Shown piece by piece: positions 20,846 through 31,496 of a stretch of DNA of 64,000 bases. Source of the DNA: Minisyncoccota bacterium (GTDB taxonomy: Bacteria > Patescibacteriota > Minisyncoccia > JAHIHE01 > JAGLIN01). The notes beneath the pieces were generated by a model. It made no database searches. It was given only the letters and a program-made list of their open reading frames with translations, and was not told the DNA's origin. The stretch lies in the NCBI GenBank assembly GCA_041661265.1, contig JBAZUT010000002.1, forward strand, positions 12,316-76,315. The letters run 5' to 3'. Both the position numbers and the translations under genes were made by a program. Each line of letters begins with the position of its first letter. Positions within the stretch are counted from its first letter, which is position 1.

Positions 20846-21577
20846 TCATTTTAATTTATTTATTAGCTTTTCAAGATATTCTTTGGCCATAAGCTGTTCT
20901 TCTATGCTGTTTTCAAGTTCTATCGCCACAAAATCGGAAAAATACTTCCGCGGATAGTTCTTGAGGTAATCGAATTCAGATAGGTCTGCATATTCATGCG
21001 AATCATATCGGATGCTCAATCGGTCATATTTGCTTCCATCGTCGCTTCTAGTTTCTTTTTTAATTGCGCTCAAATGATTGCATCCGATACGGTATCTTTC
21101 CATAAGGTCTATATTATGCTTGTATTTCTCCTTGTACAATATCCTGTCGTTCTCAAGATGCGAGAAATCGACGCAGATCCCCGCGAACTTTTTGATCTCC
21201 TCTTCGTCCAAGGGATAATATATATTCTCGACATAGATCATCTGGGCATATTTGGAATAGTCAAATGCGAAAGGATATTCCCTGTTCGTATGCACATTGA
21301 ATACCCGGGTTTTGAATCTTTTTACAAGATATTCTATTTCCACAGGACCCATGTCACTCCTCAGGTGCACATATGGTATGCTTTTCACCGACGATCTCTC
21401 CAGTATCCCATAGACTTCCTTTCTTTTCACAGGATCAAGACACGTCGGAAAAAACGCAACCTCCTCAAGGGCTAGTCTGTTTATTTCGCCGATCTTATCC
21501 TTCCATTTCGATCCGGATATCGTCGTTATCGTGGGAAGCAGCTTCACAAGATGCCCGCTCCCTTCATTTTTTTTCAT
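20846..21577 (-). CDS. Hypothetical TIM-barrel (xylose-isomerase-like) protein
   Basis: VHLR, NVH, VEN, CVDFSH, HLSA, IELEN metal-ligand pattern. Confidence 0.5.
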   Translation of the reverse strand: MKKNEGSGHLVKLLPTITTISGSKWKDKIGEINRLALEEVAFFPTCLDPVKRKEVYGILERSSVKSIPYVHLRSDMGPVEIEYLVKRFKTRVFNVHTNREYPFAFDYSKYAQMIYVENIYYPLDEEEIKKFAGICVDFSHLENDRILYKEKYKHNIDLMERYRIGCNHLSAIKKETRSDDGSKYDRLSIRYDSHEYADLSEFDYLKNYPRKYFSDFVAIELENSIEEQLMAKEYLEKLINKLK

Positions 21578-22005
21578 TTGATATTTTCATTATTTTTAGG
21601 ACCGGCCTCAGCATTCCTGGCGATCACGCTCACACCGACCAAAAAAGAGATCACCGCGTATATGAATGCGAATATTTTCAATGTGAAAAGCCCCGAGACG
21701 TTGCTTAGGAAGAATATCGGATCAAGAACCGCCTTCGTCATCATCAGGGAACCGGCATTCATGCTCCCTCCTTGCGGTACAAAAAATATAAAATAGAATA
21801 TCAGCAGAGCGGGCAAAAGGAAAAACAGCACTGAAAACATTATAGCGACGATCCGAAGGAACAACGAATGATGCCCCGAATTCAAAAGACCTCTATACAT
21901 ATCCCCCTCCATGCGTATCGTTTGCATCGGATCAAAACTTCCGTTCGGGATCCCAAGTTCTTCGGGAGTAGGGATCTTTTCATCTTTGTTGATCTCTTCC
22001 GCCAT
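21574..22005 (-). CDS. Hypothetical membrane protein
   Basis: Two TM segments; overlaps the next gene, operon-like. Confidence 0.65.
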   Translation of the reverse strand: MAEEINKDEKIPTPEELGIPNGSFDPMQTIRMEGDMYRGLLNSGHHSLFLRIVAIMFSVLFFLLPALLIFYFIFFVPQGGSMNAGSLMMTKAVLDPIFFLSNVSGLFTLKIFAFIYAVISFLVGVSVIARNAEAGPKNNENIK

Positions 22006-22009
22006 AATT

Positions 22010-22438
22010 TTAATTCCTTAAAAGGCTTATTCCCAGACCCGAGATCTTGCTTCCGGCATATATCAGAATGAAAATGAATATGGACCAGCTCGAAAGATTC
22101 ATCAGTTTCGGGATCAGGTCCGCCGGAACCAATTTATCAAATTGCTCGCTTATGCTGTTTTGGACCATGGCCTGAGTTTGAGCTTGCTGCTGCGCCTGAA
22201 GATCCTTCAGCTGGGCCGGACTGAGATTCTGCAATTTTGACGGATCGATAGTTTCGATCTTGGAAGAATCCGCCGCCGCATTTTGCGCCTTCTCTGAAAC
22301 TGCCGGAGTTGCAAATATCTCCGGGGCCTTCGTTTTTCCCGTGAAAACCGAGTATGAGGAATATATTCCCCAGAAGATCACAGCCAGCCCCAGGCCAAGA
22401 AGCGCCCATCCGGCTATTTTGTTTTGCGCTGAATCCAT
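22010..22438 (-). CDS. Hypothetical membrane protein
   Basis: Terminal TM segments with a Q-rich loop. Confidence 0.65.
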   Translation of the reverse strand: MDSAQNKIAGWALLGLGLAVIFWGIYSSYSVFTGKTKAPEIFATPAVSEKAQNAAADSSKIETIDPSKLQNLSPAQLKDLQAQQQAQTQAMVQNSISEQFDKLVPADLIPKLMNLSSWSIFIFILIYAGSKISGLGISLLRN

Positions 22439-22454
22439 ATTTTTATGTTAATAT

Positions 22455-23207
22455 TTAATCTTCATATTTTGAAGCTTCTTTTCTGTATCTGCAATAATCG
22501 CAATCCTCGCCGGCCTCCGGCAACGATCTTCCAACAAGACAGAGATGCGCGTCTGTTATTGCCTGTTCGATCCAATCTCCGCTACCGGTATATGGGATGA
22601 TCTTTATGTCGAATTCCAGTTTGGCATCAAAAGCCTCTTTATCCGCATCGCCGTTGCAATATACGAAATATCCCGTATCGGAAACCTTGAAACCGTTCTT
22701 TTTGAAAAGCCACTGATAGACCTCCATCTGGCGCTTATATCCGATCTGCCAGGGCGCATCCAGATTCACTTCCTCCGTTTTTGAAGTGGCCTTGTAGTCA
22801 ACGATGATAAGCTCTCCGTCCCGGTTCGCCCAGACATCGTCAACTCCTCCCGTGATCAGGAAATTCGTCGGCTTGTGATGATATTGGATCCCCCTTCGGA
22901 GCGAATCTCTCCATTCATCCATCTTTTCGTGCCGGAATGGGACCGCATCGATGCCGTATGCTTTCATAAGTGGATGCGCGGTTTGCTTTGCTCTGTGAAT
23001 GTCGAACTCCTTCTTCAGGAGCGAATCGACCGCCGAATTCAGGCTGAACGGGAATCCCGGAGGCTGAGCAACACCTAATCTCCGGTCAAGATAGAAACAC
23101 CTGGGACAATTCAAAAACAGATCGATCTTTGACCGGCTCAATCTGAACGGCTTGTCCGAATCCGGATCGAACGCGCCTTTTTTTCTTGGATTATAATATT
23201 TCGTCAT
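22455..23207 (-). CDS. PD-(D/E)XK nuclease (Cas4/AddB-like)
   Basis: CPRC, GGVDD...IVDYKAT, QMEVY, C-terminal CDYC. Confidence 0.85.
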   Translation of the reverse strand: MTKYYNPRKKGAFDPDSDKPFRLSRSKIDLFLNCPRCFYLDRRLGVAQPPGFPFSLNSAVDSLLKKEFDIHRAKQTAHPLMKAYGIDAVPFRHEKMDEWRDSLRRGIQYHHKPTNFLITGGVDDVWANRDGELIIVDYKATSKTEEVNLDAPWQIGYKRQMEVYQWLFKKNGFKVSDTGYFVYCNGDADKEAFDAKLEFDIKIIPYTGSGDWIEQAITDAHLCLVGRSLPEAGEDCDYCRYRKEASKYED

Positions 23208-23306
23208 AATAGTGCTGATTCGCTGGACTTGACCTTATTGAAATTATACCTTAAATGGTGATAAAATAAAAGTCGGCTAACTTATTAGCCGATATGGGTT
23301 TTGCTC

Positions 23307-23810
23307 TTATTTTTTGATCCAGGACTTCTTCATGATCTTTTCTTCGTGTCTCTGCTCGGATTCGATCTTCGGGAAAAATTCTCTCGCAACCTTGTCTCCA
23401 TAGATCGCTGCAAACATCTCCCTGACCACAGATTCGTTGTGGACATTGTAACCATCGGTTATCCACGCATTCTCATATAGAACGCCTTTCAATATTTCCC
23501 TGTCTTCTGCGACTCCGGAATCCTTGATCGGGATTTCCTCGATCTTATATTCCTCGCATATCACCTGTATGCCAAACGCTTTCCACATGAACGGTATCTT
23601 CGCGATGCCATACGATTCTATTGTCTCTTTGGTTTTCAATACTCTCACTATTTCTTTTTCGACAGTCATCGAAATGAATGGCTTGACGGACTCGATGACA
23701 CCCTCGATAAGAAAAGGGTTTCCTTCATAAACGACTTTCAGATTAAGCCTTTCCCCTTCTCTTTTACGAAGATCATCCATTCTTTCTTTCGAAAACGACC
23801 ATAGCGACAT
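23307..23810 (-). CDS. Hypothetical protein
   Basis: 167-aa ORF preceded by a GGAGG RBS. Confidence 0.6.
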   Translation of the reverse strand: MSLWSFSKERMDDLRKREGERLNLKVVYEGNPFLIEGVIESVKPFISMTVEKEIVRVLKTKETIESYGIAKIPFMWKAFGIQVICEEYKIEEIPIKDSGVAEDREILKGVLYENAWITDGYNVHNESVVREMFAAIYGDKVAREFFPKIESEQRHEEKIMKKSWIKK

Positions 23811-23918
23811 GTTTATCCCTCCGTTTTTACTGACTCAAATATAGCACAAACCTGAAAAATAAATCAAGGAGCTATTGATTTCCTGCCGGAAAAGAGTAGC
23901 ATTAATGAAGGTGATTAA

Positions 23919-24269
23919 ATGAGAAAAGGATATCTGAGCCTGATGGTCACCACAAGCATAATGCTCATGATAATATTGATCCGCACAATAAACAAAGCCG
24001 CATTGGAGGGAATATCCGTCTATATCGCATATTTGGCGGCGCTCTTGATCGCATTCATGGGCACAAAGATCAATAAAAAGAAAAAAATCGACGCGTCCGA
24101 CGGCAGAATAGCTGTTTTGTCCCTGAGCATGTTGCTCATGTCGTATATTGGCGCAACATACGCGCCATATCTCCTGGGATTTCCGGTCGCTTCCCTGTCC
24201 GCCGGCATAAACATAAAATATCTTGTGCACTCGCTCAAGAAAACAGTAAAAGAAAGTGAAGGCGATTAG
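23919..24269 (+). CDS. Hypothetical membrane protein
   Basis: Several TM segments; GAAGGTG RBS. Confidence 0.55.
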   Translation: MRKGYLSLMVTTSIMLMIILIRTINKAALEGISVYIAYLAALLIAFMGTKINKKKKIDASDGRIAVLSLSMLLMSYIGATYAPYLLGFPVASLSAGINIKYLVHSLKKTVKESEGD

Positions 24270-24778
24270 CCTTTATTTTTTATTCCAGGAAGGAACATCG
24301 GAACTTCTTCCATATAGTCTTTATAATCCTTGCCAAACCTTTGAAGCAGAAACTTTTCTTCGATCTTCATCCAGCTCAAAAGAACTGCATCCATCCATAA
24401 TACACTGAGCAGGACAAAATAATCAGGATACAGGAAGAATACTCCCCATGAAAGAACGAGGTCAGCTGAATATATGGGATGCCGTACAGAAGAATATACT
24501 CCCGTCATTATCAGCTTCGTGATCCCGCTTACGCTTTTTGCAGCTTCTTTATGAACTCTTATCGCGCCCGTGAAAAAATATATCCAGTAAAACAGAGCCG
24601 GAACAAAGAAGATCTCTGTCATTTTGTTCTGAAATACGGGCTTTGATAGAATACTGCCGCCGTCCATGCCGTATTTTTTGAATAACACACTCAGGAACAT
24701 GATACCCGCGACAACGATCGCCCACATCAAAACAGGACTTGCCAGTTTTTGGGGATCAATTTTATATATCATTTTCAT
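24266..24778 (-). CDS. Isoprenylcysteine carboxyl methyltransferase / PEMT family
   Basis: LIMTGVYSSVRHPIY, EEKFLLQRFGKDYKDYMEEVPMF. Confidence 0.88.
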   Translation of the reverse strand: MKMIYKIDPQKLASPVLMWAIVVAGIMFLSVLFKKYGMDGGSILSKPVFQNKMTEIFFVPALFYWIYFFTGAIRVHKEAAKSVSGITKLIMTGVYSSVRHPIYSADLVLSWGVFFLYPDYFVLLSVLWMDAVLLSWMKIEEKFLLQRFGKDYKDYMEEVPMFLPGIKNKG

Positions 24779-25302
24779 ATGGCTGGTATTATGTATAAAA
24801 AAGCGGCTTTATTGCCGCCCTTCTTCCTTTGGATCTTCTCGGGTAATTTATTCAAAATTCCCTCGAAATCGAAAAAATCTTCATCGTCTATCATTTCCCT
24901 TTTGATCTCCAGAGGCCTCATCCGGTTCAGAGACTGCAGGTCTCCATTCGATCCGCTTTCGTTCTTCACCTCGATCAATTCGCGCTTCAGCTTGCAAAGC
25001 CTTATGGACCGATCCGTCTGGCCGGGAAACAGTATGATGAATTTTTTTCTGAACACAAGCCGTACATAATTTCCCTTGCCGGTCATCACAGGAGCCGTGC
25101 TATATCTCATCCCCTGAGATTCGAATTCTTTCGAGATGTCGCAAAGTTCATCCTCTATCGAGTAGCCTTTGCGCTCGTTGACGCTCGCCAGCAACTCGGA
25201 ATATTCCCTGTTCAGCTCCCGCATCGTTTCTTCCCGGAACAGATTTTGTATAATGTCCATTCCTCTTATCCTATCCTCGCTTCCGTTTATCCAATCATTC
25301 AT
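24775..25302 (-). CDS. Hypothetical protein
   Basis: 175-aa ORF with RBS. Confidence 0.55.
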   Translation of the reverse strand: MNDWINGSEDRIRGMDIIQNLFREETMRELNREYSELLASVNERKGYSIEDELCDISKEFESQGMRYSTAPVMTGKGNYVRLVFRKKFIILFPGQTDRSIRLCKLKRELIEVKNESGSNGDLQSLNRMRPLEIKREMIDDEDFFDFEGILNKLPEKIQRKKGGNKAAFLYIIPAI

Positions 25303-25381
25303 ATTTTTACTCCTCTTTCACAATGCTACACCCCGCATATTCTGAGTCAAAATATTTATCAACAGCCGTTTGGCCGACCGC

Positions 25382-26386
25382 TCACAAAAGCCACGAAGCA
25401 ACTGCGAAATAAATGACAACGCTCAAAGTATCCTGAATGATCGTTGCGATCGGACCGCTCGCATTGGCAGGATCGAATTTGAACTTTCCCAGCGAATATG
25501 GGATCACAAGTCCTGTAAAAAAAGATGAAAGTATAGCAACAAACAGAGCGATCCCGAGAACAACCCCCACCATCACATTGCCATACAGGATCAGGTTGAG
25601 CGCAAAAAGCGCCAAACTCGAAAGGACTGCGATCAAAAAAACCACCTTCAGATGTTTCAGAAAATATGAAAGAAAGTTGAAATTAGGCATTACGGCAAGA
25701 TCTCTGATTATGAATGCCTCCATCTGGGTTCCGACGGCATCGGCCATATAAACGATCAGAGGAATGAACGAAGCAAGTATGATATTCTTTTCGAGAGTAT
25801 CTTCAAAACCGGTGATTATCTTTGCCATAAGCACTCCGCCCAAAAGGCCGATAAAAAGCCACGGGAACCTGTGTTCAAAGGACCGGAAAACCGACAGATC
25901 GAATATATTGTCTATACCGACCTTCGATCTGTGGATACCGGCTATTTTCATGAAATCTTCCGTCGCCTCTCTGTGAACTATTGATGTTATCGCATCGTTG
26001 GAAACAACTCCCAAAAGATTATCATCCTTGTCCACAACCGGGATCGCCTTGATATTGTTCTTGAGTGCAAGATAAGCAACCCTTTCCTGGTGCGTATGGG
26101 GCCTCACGGTCACAAGCTCCGTCTTCATTATGTCTTTTACAAGCCTTTCTTTCGGTTGCCGGAAAATGTCCTTAATGCTCAACACGCCCCTTAGCTTTCT
26201 GTCTCTCCCGTCCACAACGTAAACATAGTTTATCGTTTCGAAATCCTTCATTTGCTTTTCCAAAAGCATTTCGACCTCCTTTACGGAAGAAGTGAGATTT
26301 ATGGTCGGGATCTTCGTTGTCATGATCCTGGCCGCAGAACTCGCCGTTATTTCATGATTGCCATTCCCATTTTTGCCTGTCCCCAT
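25382..26386 (-). CDS. mgtE: Magnesium transporter MgtE (CBS pair + TM domain, no MgtE_N)
   Basis: Two CBS domains, RFPWL, FIPLI, DPANASGPIATIIQD. Confidence 0.88.
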   Translation of the reverse strand: MGTGKNGNGNHEITASSAARIMTTKIPTINLTSSVKEVEMLLEKQMKDFETINYVYVVDGRDRKLRGVLSIKDIFRQPKERLVKDIMKTELVTVRPHTHQERVAYLALKNNIKAIPVVDKDDNLLGVVSNDAITSIVHREATEDFMKIAGIHRSKVGIDNIFDLSVFRSFEHRFPWLFIGLLGGVLMAKIITGFEDTLEKNIILASFIPLIVYMADAVGTQMEAFIIRDLAVMPNFNFLSYFLKHLKVVFLIAVLSSLALFALNLILYGNVMVGVVLGIALFVAILSSFFTGLVIPYSLGKFKFDPANASGPIATIIQDTLSVVIYFAVASWLL

Positions 26387-26789
26387 AGTTTTGAATAAAT
26401 ACTAATATATATGCTATTTTATTATACCAAATATATTTGCATTTTACCAAATAAAAAAAACAGCCTCAAAAAGCTGTTTTCAACTTTAATCCAAATCCAC
26501 CCCAACCCTCCTTTATCAAAGGAGGGAGCTGAATTCCGTAATCAATACTATCTGCCTTTAGCTTCACATTTTGAATTCCAGTTGCAAGTTTTAAATTATC
26601 AGTTATACGTTTTGGGTTGTTGTCGGTTTGGGCGGGAATTTTGGAGAATTGGGAGAGAATCGAGGAGAAATTGGAGAGAGCGGAGAGATTGATAAAACCT
26701 TTTCTTGCAGCAATTCCATGAATTCTGTCAAAATTAGAAAAAACAGCATTCACATATGCTGTTTAATCACACAACATTAACCACTCACA

Positions 26790-27332
26790 TCAACTAACAA
26801 AACATTTAAATAACGATTCTATATTATACCAAGATCCAATAAATATCCAATAAGATAAAAATGTAAGATAAGGTGAAAATATAAAAATAAACTTATCAGA
26901 TAAAGATATTTTAAGCATCGAAAACAAGAATATAGAGATACCAGCTATTATTAGCGAGGCATAAAATGAAAAGAGAATAAAAATAAATGGCGTGACAAGT
27001 GCAAGAATCATTGCCATTGCAAGCATTAATCTTTCACGATTACCCATTCTTCCTATTTCAAATAGATACATTATAACAACGGCAATTAGAGATACAACTA
27101 TCAAAGCAAAAACAGCATTGAATAAAGAATCATAAAACTTCATTCCCATAGGTAATTGCACTATTTCGTTACATTTGCTTGAATCTCCAGTTTTATCAAA
27201 TTCCTGTATTAAATTGGAATTATTTCTACCAACATCGCTTCTGTTATAATTTTCTATAAATGCAAATAATAGAATACTTGTCAGAAGCGATAGCAGTACC
27301 AGCCCGATAGCTATTAATTTAATCTTTTTCAT
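26790..27332 (-). CDS. Hypothetical membrane protein
   Basis: Multi-TM 180-aa ORF. Confidence 0.6.
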   Translation of the reverse strand: MKKIKLIAIGLVLLSLLTSILLFAFIENYNRSDVGRNNSNLIQEFDKTGDSSKCNEIVQLPMGMKFYDSLFNAVFALIVVSLIAVVIMYLFEIGRMGNRERLMLAMAMILALVTPFIFILFSFYASLIIAGISIFLFSMLKISLSDKFIFIFSPYLTFLSYWIFIGSWYNIESLFKCFVS

Positions 27333-27428
27333 TGTTATTAAATATTATGACAATTTAATTATATTCGAATAGATCTTGAACAAATAAATTTTAGAGAAAA
27401 GAGTTTTTTGGCTCTTTTCTCTTTTCAT

Positions 27429-27887
27429 TTACATTATATTATAAGGCACCTCCCAGAACTTCAGATCTTTGTAGAAATATTCGATATCTACTTTTGATTT
27501 GCCCCATTTGGCATGCATCAGAATTTCCATTCTGACTGACTGATAAGTCCTTTGTTTATACCACTCGGGCGCATTCATTACAGAATATGCCATATCGTCC
27601 AAAAGATATGTATTCCCTGCTGCTATACTTTTTCGACCCTCATCGGTATAATAAAATCTTACTCCGAACCCGCATGGCCCAGAATTATATTTCAGATCAT
27701 ATTCTACGTAATCGACATACTTTTGCATGCTCGATGCAATTTCGCTATGTTCATAACGAACTGCGGTGTGTTCGCATGATGTTCCCTTGCTTACTGTATA
27801 GTATGTCTTTGCCTCAACTGGCATCACTGCCATTGCAATCATTACGAAGAGCAATATTGCTATTATTCCCATTCTTTTTAAGTTCAT
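27429..27887 (-). CDS. Secreted hypothetical protein
   Basis: Signal peptide ending VMPVEA; AGGTG RBS. Confidence 0.65.
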   Translation of the reverse strand: MNLKRMGIIAILLFVMIAMAVMPVEAKTYYTVSKGTSCEHTAVRYEHSEIASSMQKYVDYVEYDLKYNSGPCGFGVRFYYTDEGRKSIAAGNTYLLDDMAYSVMNAPEWYKQRTYQSVRMEILMHAKWGKSKVDIEYFYKDLKFWEVPYNIM

Positions 27888-28529
27888 CTTATCACCTTTT
27901 GTTTGCTTTGTCCTTTCTTTCTGATTTATTTTATGATTTTTTGATACTTATCATTTTACTATCATTTTTGAGCTATCCGACCTGTGTTTTTGTTTTGTCT
28001 TCGTTTTTAATGTGCTTCATTTTGATTCCTCCCGTTCTCAGCTTGAACTTTATTGATCCAATCTGATAAAATGAATTATATATATATATATATGCTGTCA
28101 ATAGTTTTCCGGGTTTATTGCATAAAGGACAGTCCTTCGGCCAAGGACTGTCCTTTTTCTGCAAAATATGATCTTGTGCGAATGCTTTTTTAATCAACAC
28201 CTTTCAAAAAGCTTCCTTCACTTTGAAACTCCCAAGTATCAAAGTGATTTATCCAAATCAAAAAAACAGCTTTAGAAAAGCCATCTTCTTCATGCTTCAT
28301 GCTTCGTGCTACAAGCTCCATATTTCATGCTCCATGTTTCATGTGCGTGTCGGGGCGACGGGATACAGCTCCGAACAATTTCAGTGCGGTTTGGGCGGGA
28401 ATTTTGGGGAATTGGGAGAGGGTTGAGGGGAAGTTGGAGAGGGTGGAGAGATTGATAAGTAACAAGATGGAGAAAATAAAATAAAAAAGATAAGTAAAAC
28501 ATTACCTATCCCTGAATAAACACTCTGGT

Positions 28530-29066
28530 TTATTGCCTTGAAGACATCATTTGATGTCTTTTTGTTGTAATACAGCTTTTCCTTGAGCAAGAATCTCTCT
28601 CAGGATCATCTGTCTGAAAAGGTTCTCCACAGATACTGCATATTTTTGTAATTTTTTGTTTTCCTTCTGCCAATTTAACAAATTCAGCCATATGAATCAG
28701 TTGTTCTATATCATTATTTTTTTGAATTTGTTCTTTTGTATGTGCCTTTGTCCGCAACCTTCTATTTATTTCGTCTTGTCCGACTTTCCAGAGACATTGA
28801 CTGCAATGGAATACTTTCAGACCGCCTGAATGAGTATAACTGGTCGCTTTGGAGCCACATATCTCACAAGTTTTATCTTTTATCTCCGCCTCAAATTCCA
28901 GTGCTTCCTTTATTTCTTCTTTTGTCATCTCATGCATTTCATAATCTCTTTTTTTATAACTCCAGACTTCTTCGTATATTTTTCTATCCTTCAGCTTTAT
29001 CCCAGAAGAGATATCAACGATTTCTTCGTATTTACCTGTATTTTCGTCTTTTATGTAATTTGTCAT
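28530..29066 (-). CDS. Hypothetical Zn-finger-like protein
   Basis: CEIC, CSQC, CSIC and CxxxxC motifs; AGGAGG RBS. Confidence 0.6.
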   Translation of the reverse strand: MTNYIKDENTGKYEEIVDISSGIKLKDRKIYEEVWSYKKRDYEMHEMTKEEIKEALEFEAEIKDKTCEICGSKATSYTHSGGLKVFHCSQCLWKVGQDEINRRLRTKAHTKEQIQKNNDIEQLIHMAEFVKLAEGKQKITKICSICGEPFQTDDPERDSCSRKSCITTKRHQMMSSRQ

Positions 29067-29489
29067 TTTATCCTCCTTTTATTCTATTTATTTTCTTCCT
29101 TGCGAAATAATTATAATAAATCATATTTATTACACTTGATCGGCAAGAAATATTTTTAAAGAACGATTTTCGACACGAATTATCATGACTGTACAATCTA
29201 GCAGCAATTATTGGCTTTGTCAAGGGCTTTATGCGAAAAATAAATGCGAAAAATAAAGCTCTAAATTCGTTCTCTGTACCAAAAATAACCTTTCAAATAA
29301 AAGGTTATCAATGCGGATGTATTTTTGTTTCATGCTACAAGTTCCATGTTTCACGTTGCGTAACTCAAGTTTTACGTTTTATGTTTCGTGTTTCATGTTA
29401 CAAGTTCCATGTTTCATAATCTTGTCGGGGCGGCGAGAATGTATTATGCATAATAAAAAAAACCGGAAATTGGTTTTTTCCAATCCGGT

Positions 29490-29726
29490 TTAATTAATAG
29501 GGAAACACCCTACCAAACTGCACCAACCGGCTATCAGCCAATTAGCAATTAGACCTATAATCAGGAAGGCAATAAAAAGCCAAAACAATTCCCAAAATGT
29601 GGGCATGGGGTAATAACCCACACCAGGTCTTGTATGAGGAGCTTCTTCGCGGCACCGACATTTACAATTATCCCTTGACATATCTACTCCTTCTTGTAAT
29701 TTGTGCTTTGATAATGCTATTTTCAA
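29490..29726 (-). CDS. Small membrane protein
   Basis: TM segment; probable start at MSRDN after AGGAG. Confidence 0.4.
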   Translation of the reverse strand: MKIALSKHKLQEGVDMSRDNCKCRCREEAPHTRPGVGYYPMPTFWELFWLFIAFLIIGLIANWLIAGWCSLVGCFPIN

Positions 29727-30117
29727 ATTCGATCCAGTTTAGATTATTATCTCTATTTTCAATGAACTTCATTTTGATTCCCCCTCTTCTTAATAATCCT
29801 ATTAAGATTTTGTGTTTCAAATATACCACATTTCCGCTTTATGTCAATTACGGCAATTTTTATGAAACTCTATTTATTTTTCTAATTAAACTTATCCGCA
29901 AAGATAAAATGGTAATAGCATTCACAAAAAAACAGCCTTCAAAAGCCATTTTCTTATTGTCCCGTGTTTTACGTTTATTTTCGAATGTTGTAATTTTTCG
30001 ACAGTCGTCTGATATTTACAACAATAATATCCCATCACACGTCCCAATCCTCATCTCGGCAAGCTGATCTTGAATTCCTGTTACAAGTTTTAAGTTATAC
30101 GTTTTGAGTCTTTTCTG

Positions 30118-30190
30118 TCGGGGTGCCGAGATTCGAACTCGGAATCCCTTGGTCCCAAACCAAGTGCGATAGCCGTTACGCCACACCCCG
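30118..30190 (-). tRNA. tRNA-Pro(TGG)
   Basis: CGGGGTG acceptor stem, anticodon arm CTTGG-TTTGGGA-CCAAG, T arm GTTCGAATC; CCA not encoded. Confidence 0.95.
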
Positions 30191-30408
30191 GGGTCATATA
30201 TTTATGTTAAGCAAGTACCTTCGGAACATTATCTGCAGTGTGATATAAGACATTACATCTATTTCTCAAATTTCCAATGTCTAATTTCAAATTTTTAATA
30301 AATGTCTAATGTTCTAATATCAAAATAATATTGAATCTCGCTTACCCATCAATTACTTTCTAATGATATATTAAAGCGAGAAAATGTCAATTATGAAAAG
30401 AGAAGGCA

Positions 30409-30687
30409 TTATTTGCCTTGCTCATTCAATTGAAACTCCTTTTCTTTCTGCTCGATCTCTCTGTCAAATTCCCTTAGCAAGGCCACTGAAAGATCAAGTT
30501 GAGCATCCGCCGCGACAAAAGCCGCAAGCAAAGCCGCACCGGCAAATGTATAAACCGCCGTTTTGTATACACCAGTGAAATAATTCAAACCTATCGCGGC
30601 CGCCACAAGCAGCAAAAATACGCACATCAATTTCTTCACCGTAGTTCTTGTTTCCTTTTCTTTCGCCTTATATTCCAGACTTATCAT
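30409..30687 (-). CDS. Small membrane protein
   Basis: Two TM segments plus coiled coil; GGAGGTG RBS. Confidence 0.6.
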   Translation of the reverse strand: MISLEYKAKEKETRTTVKKLMCVFLLLVAAAIGLNYFTGVYKTAVYTFAGAALLAAFVAADAQLDLSVALLREFDREIEQKEKEFQLNEQGK

Positions 30688-30771
30688 GCAAACACCTCCG
30701 ATCTATATTTGCAACTTTATATTATACACAAAATACTGAAATTGTCAATGAAAAAAGACCGCCATGGCGGC

Positions 30772-31350
30772 CTAGCCTCGAAGGAGCATTTTGCCCTTCA
30801 TTCTCTCCATTGATACAGCTATTTCTTCCTCCATAAAACCCTCTTGCTTGAGTTTTTTTTCGATAGTTTCGATCCTGGGTTTCCTGCCTTTTTTTACGGC
30901 AGAATAAACTTTTAGAAGTCCTATGCATCTTCGGATCCTTGAGAGTTTTTCAAACTCTGCCGCGATACCGACAGCAGCGCCCGCCAAAAAAGGCTCCACT
31001 GATTCTTCTTTCACCAGCCTCCCGGCGATCTCTTCCATTCTTTCCCCTCTCGCAAGAGCTTCTCTGCACTTTCTGATCTGCATGTCTTGAGCATAGTTTA
31101 GCTTGCAATCGAAAAGATTGGACAGATCGCCCTTGAGCGTAAAAGGTATTTTCTTATGAAGATCGCTGAGGAACAGCTTTGTCGCGTTGCTTCCGAGAGA
31201 CAAAAATCTTTCGTCATCCAAATTCCTTAGAAGGTCCGAAAGAGAAAACTCCCTCCCTGACTTCCGAATAATATATTCAGAAGATCTTTTTATTGCGTGA
31301 TCCCAGTCGTCGCCCATGAATTCTTTTGATACCGTGATATTATTTTCCAT
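30772..31350 (-). CDS. Hypothetical protein
   Basis: 192-aa ORF with GGAGG RBS. Confidence 0.6.
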   Translation of the reverse strand: MENNITVSKEFMGDDWDHAIKRSSEYIIRKSGREFSLSDLLRNLDDERFLSLGSNATKLFLSDLHKKIPFTLKGDLSNLFDCKLNYAQDMQIRKCREALARGERMEEIAGRLVKEESVEPFLAGAAVGIAAEFEKLSRIRRCIGLLKVYSAVKKGRKPRIETIEKKLKQEGFMEEEIAVSMERMKGKMLLRG

Positions 31351-31496
31351 TTTCTATCTGCCTCCGATCTTTCCATGTCTTTTTGAATGATCATTCATTC
31401 TATATTTTATGTTAGCTTAATTTCCGCTGATGTCAATATTCCCCTTTTTTATGCCGATCATTTTACTATTAACATATAATGCTATAAAATACAGCT

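Larger units (their letters stand above)
26450..30117. mobile_element. Degenerate low-GC island at the tRNA-Pro 3' end; no integrase
   Basis: tRNA-Pro 3'-end-like scars at 28348 and 29423, repeated flanking modules, AT-rich orphan genes. Confidence 0.5.

Noticed and set aside
22455-23207. Cas4 as part of a CRISPR system
   Set aside because: Solo PD-(D/E)XK nuclease with no cas neighbours or array.
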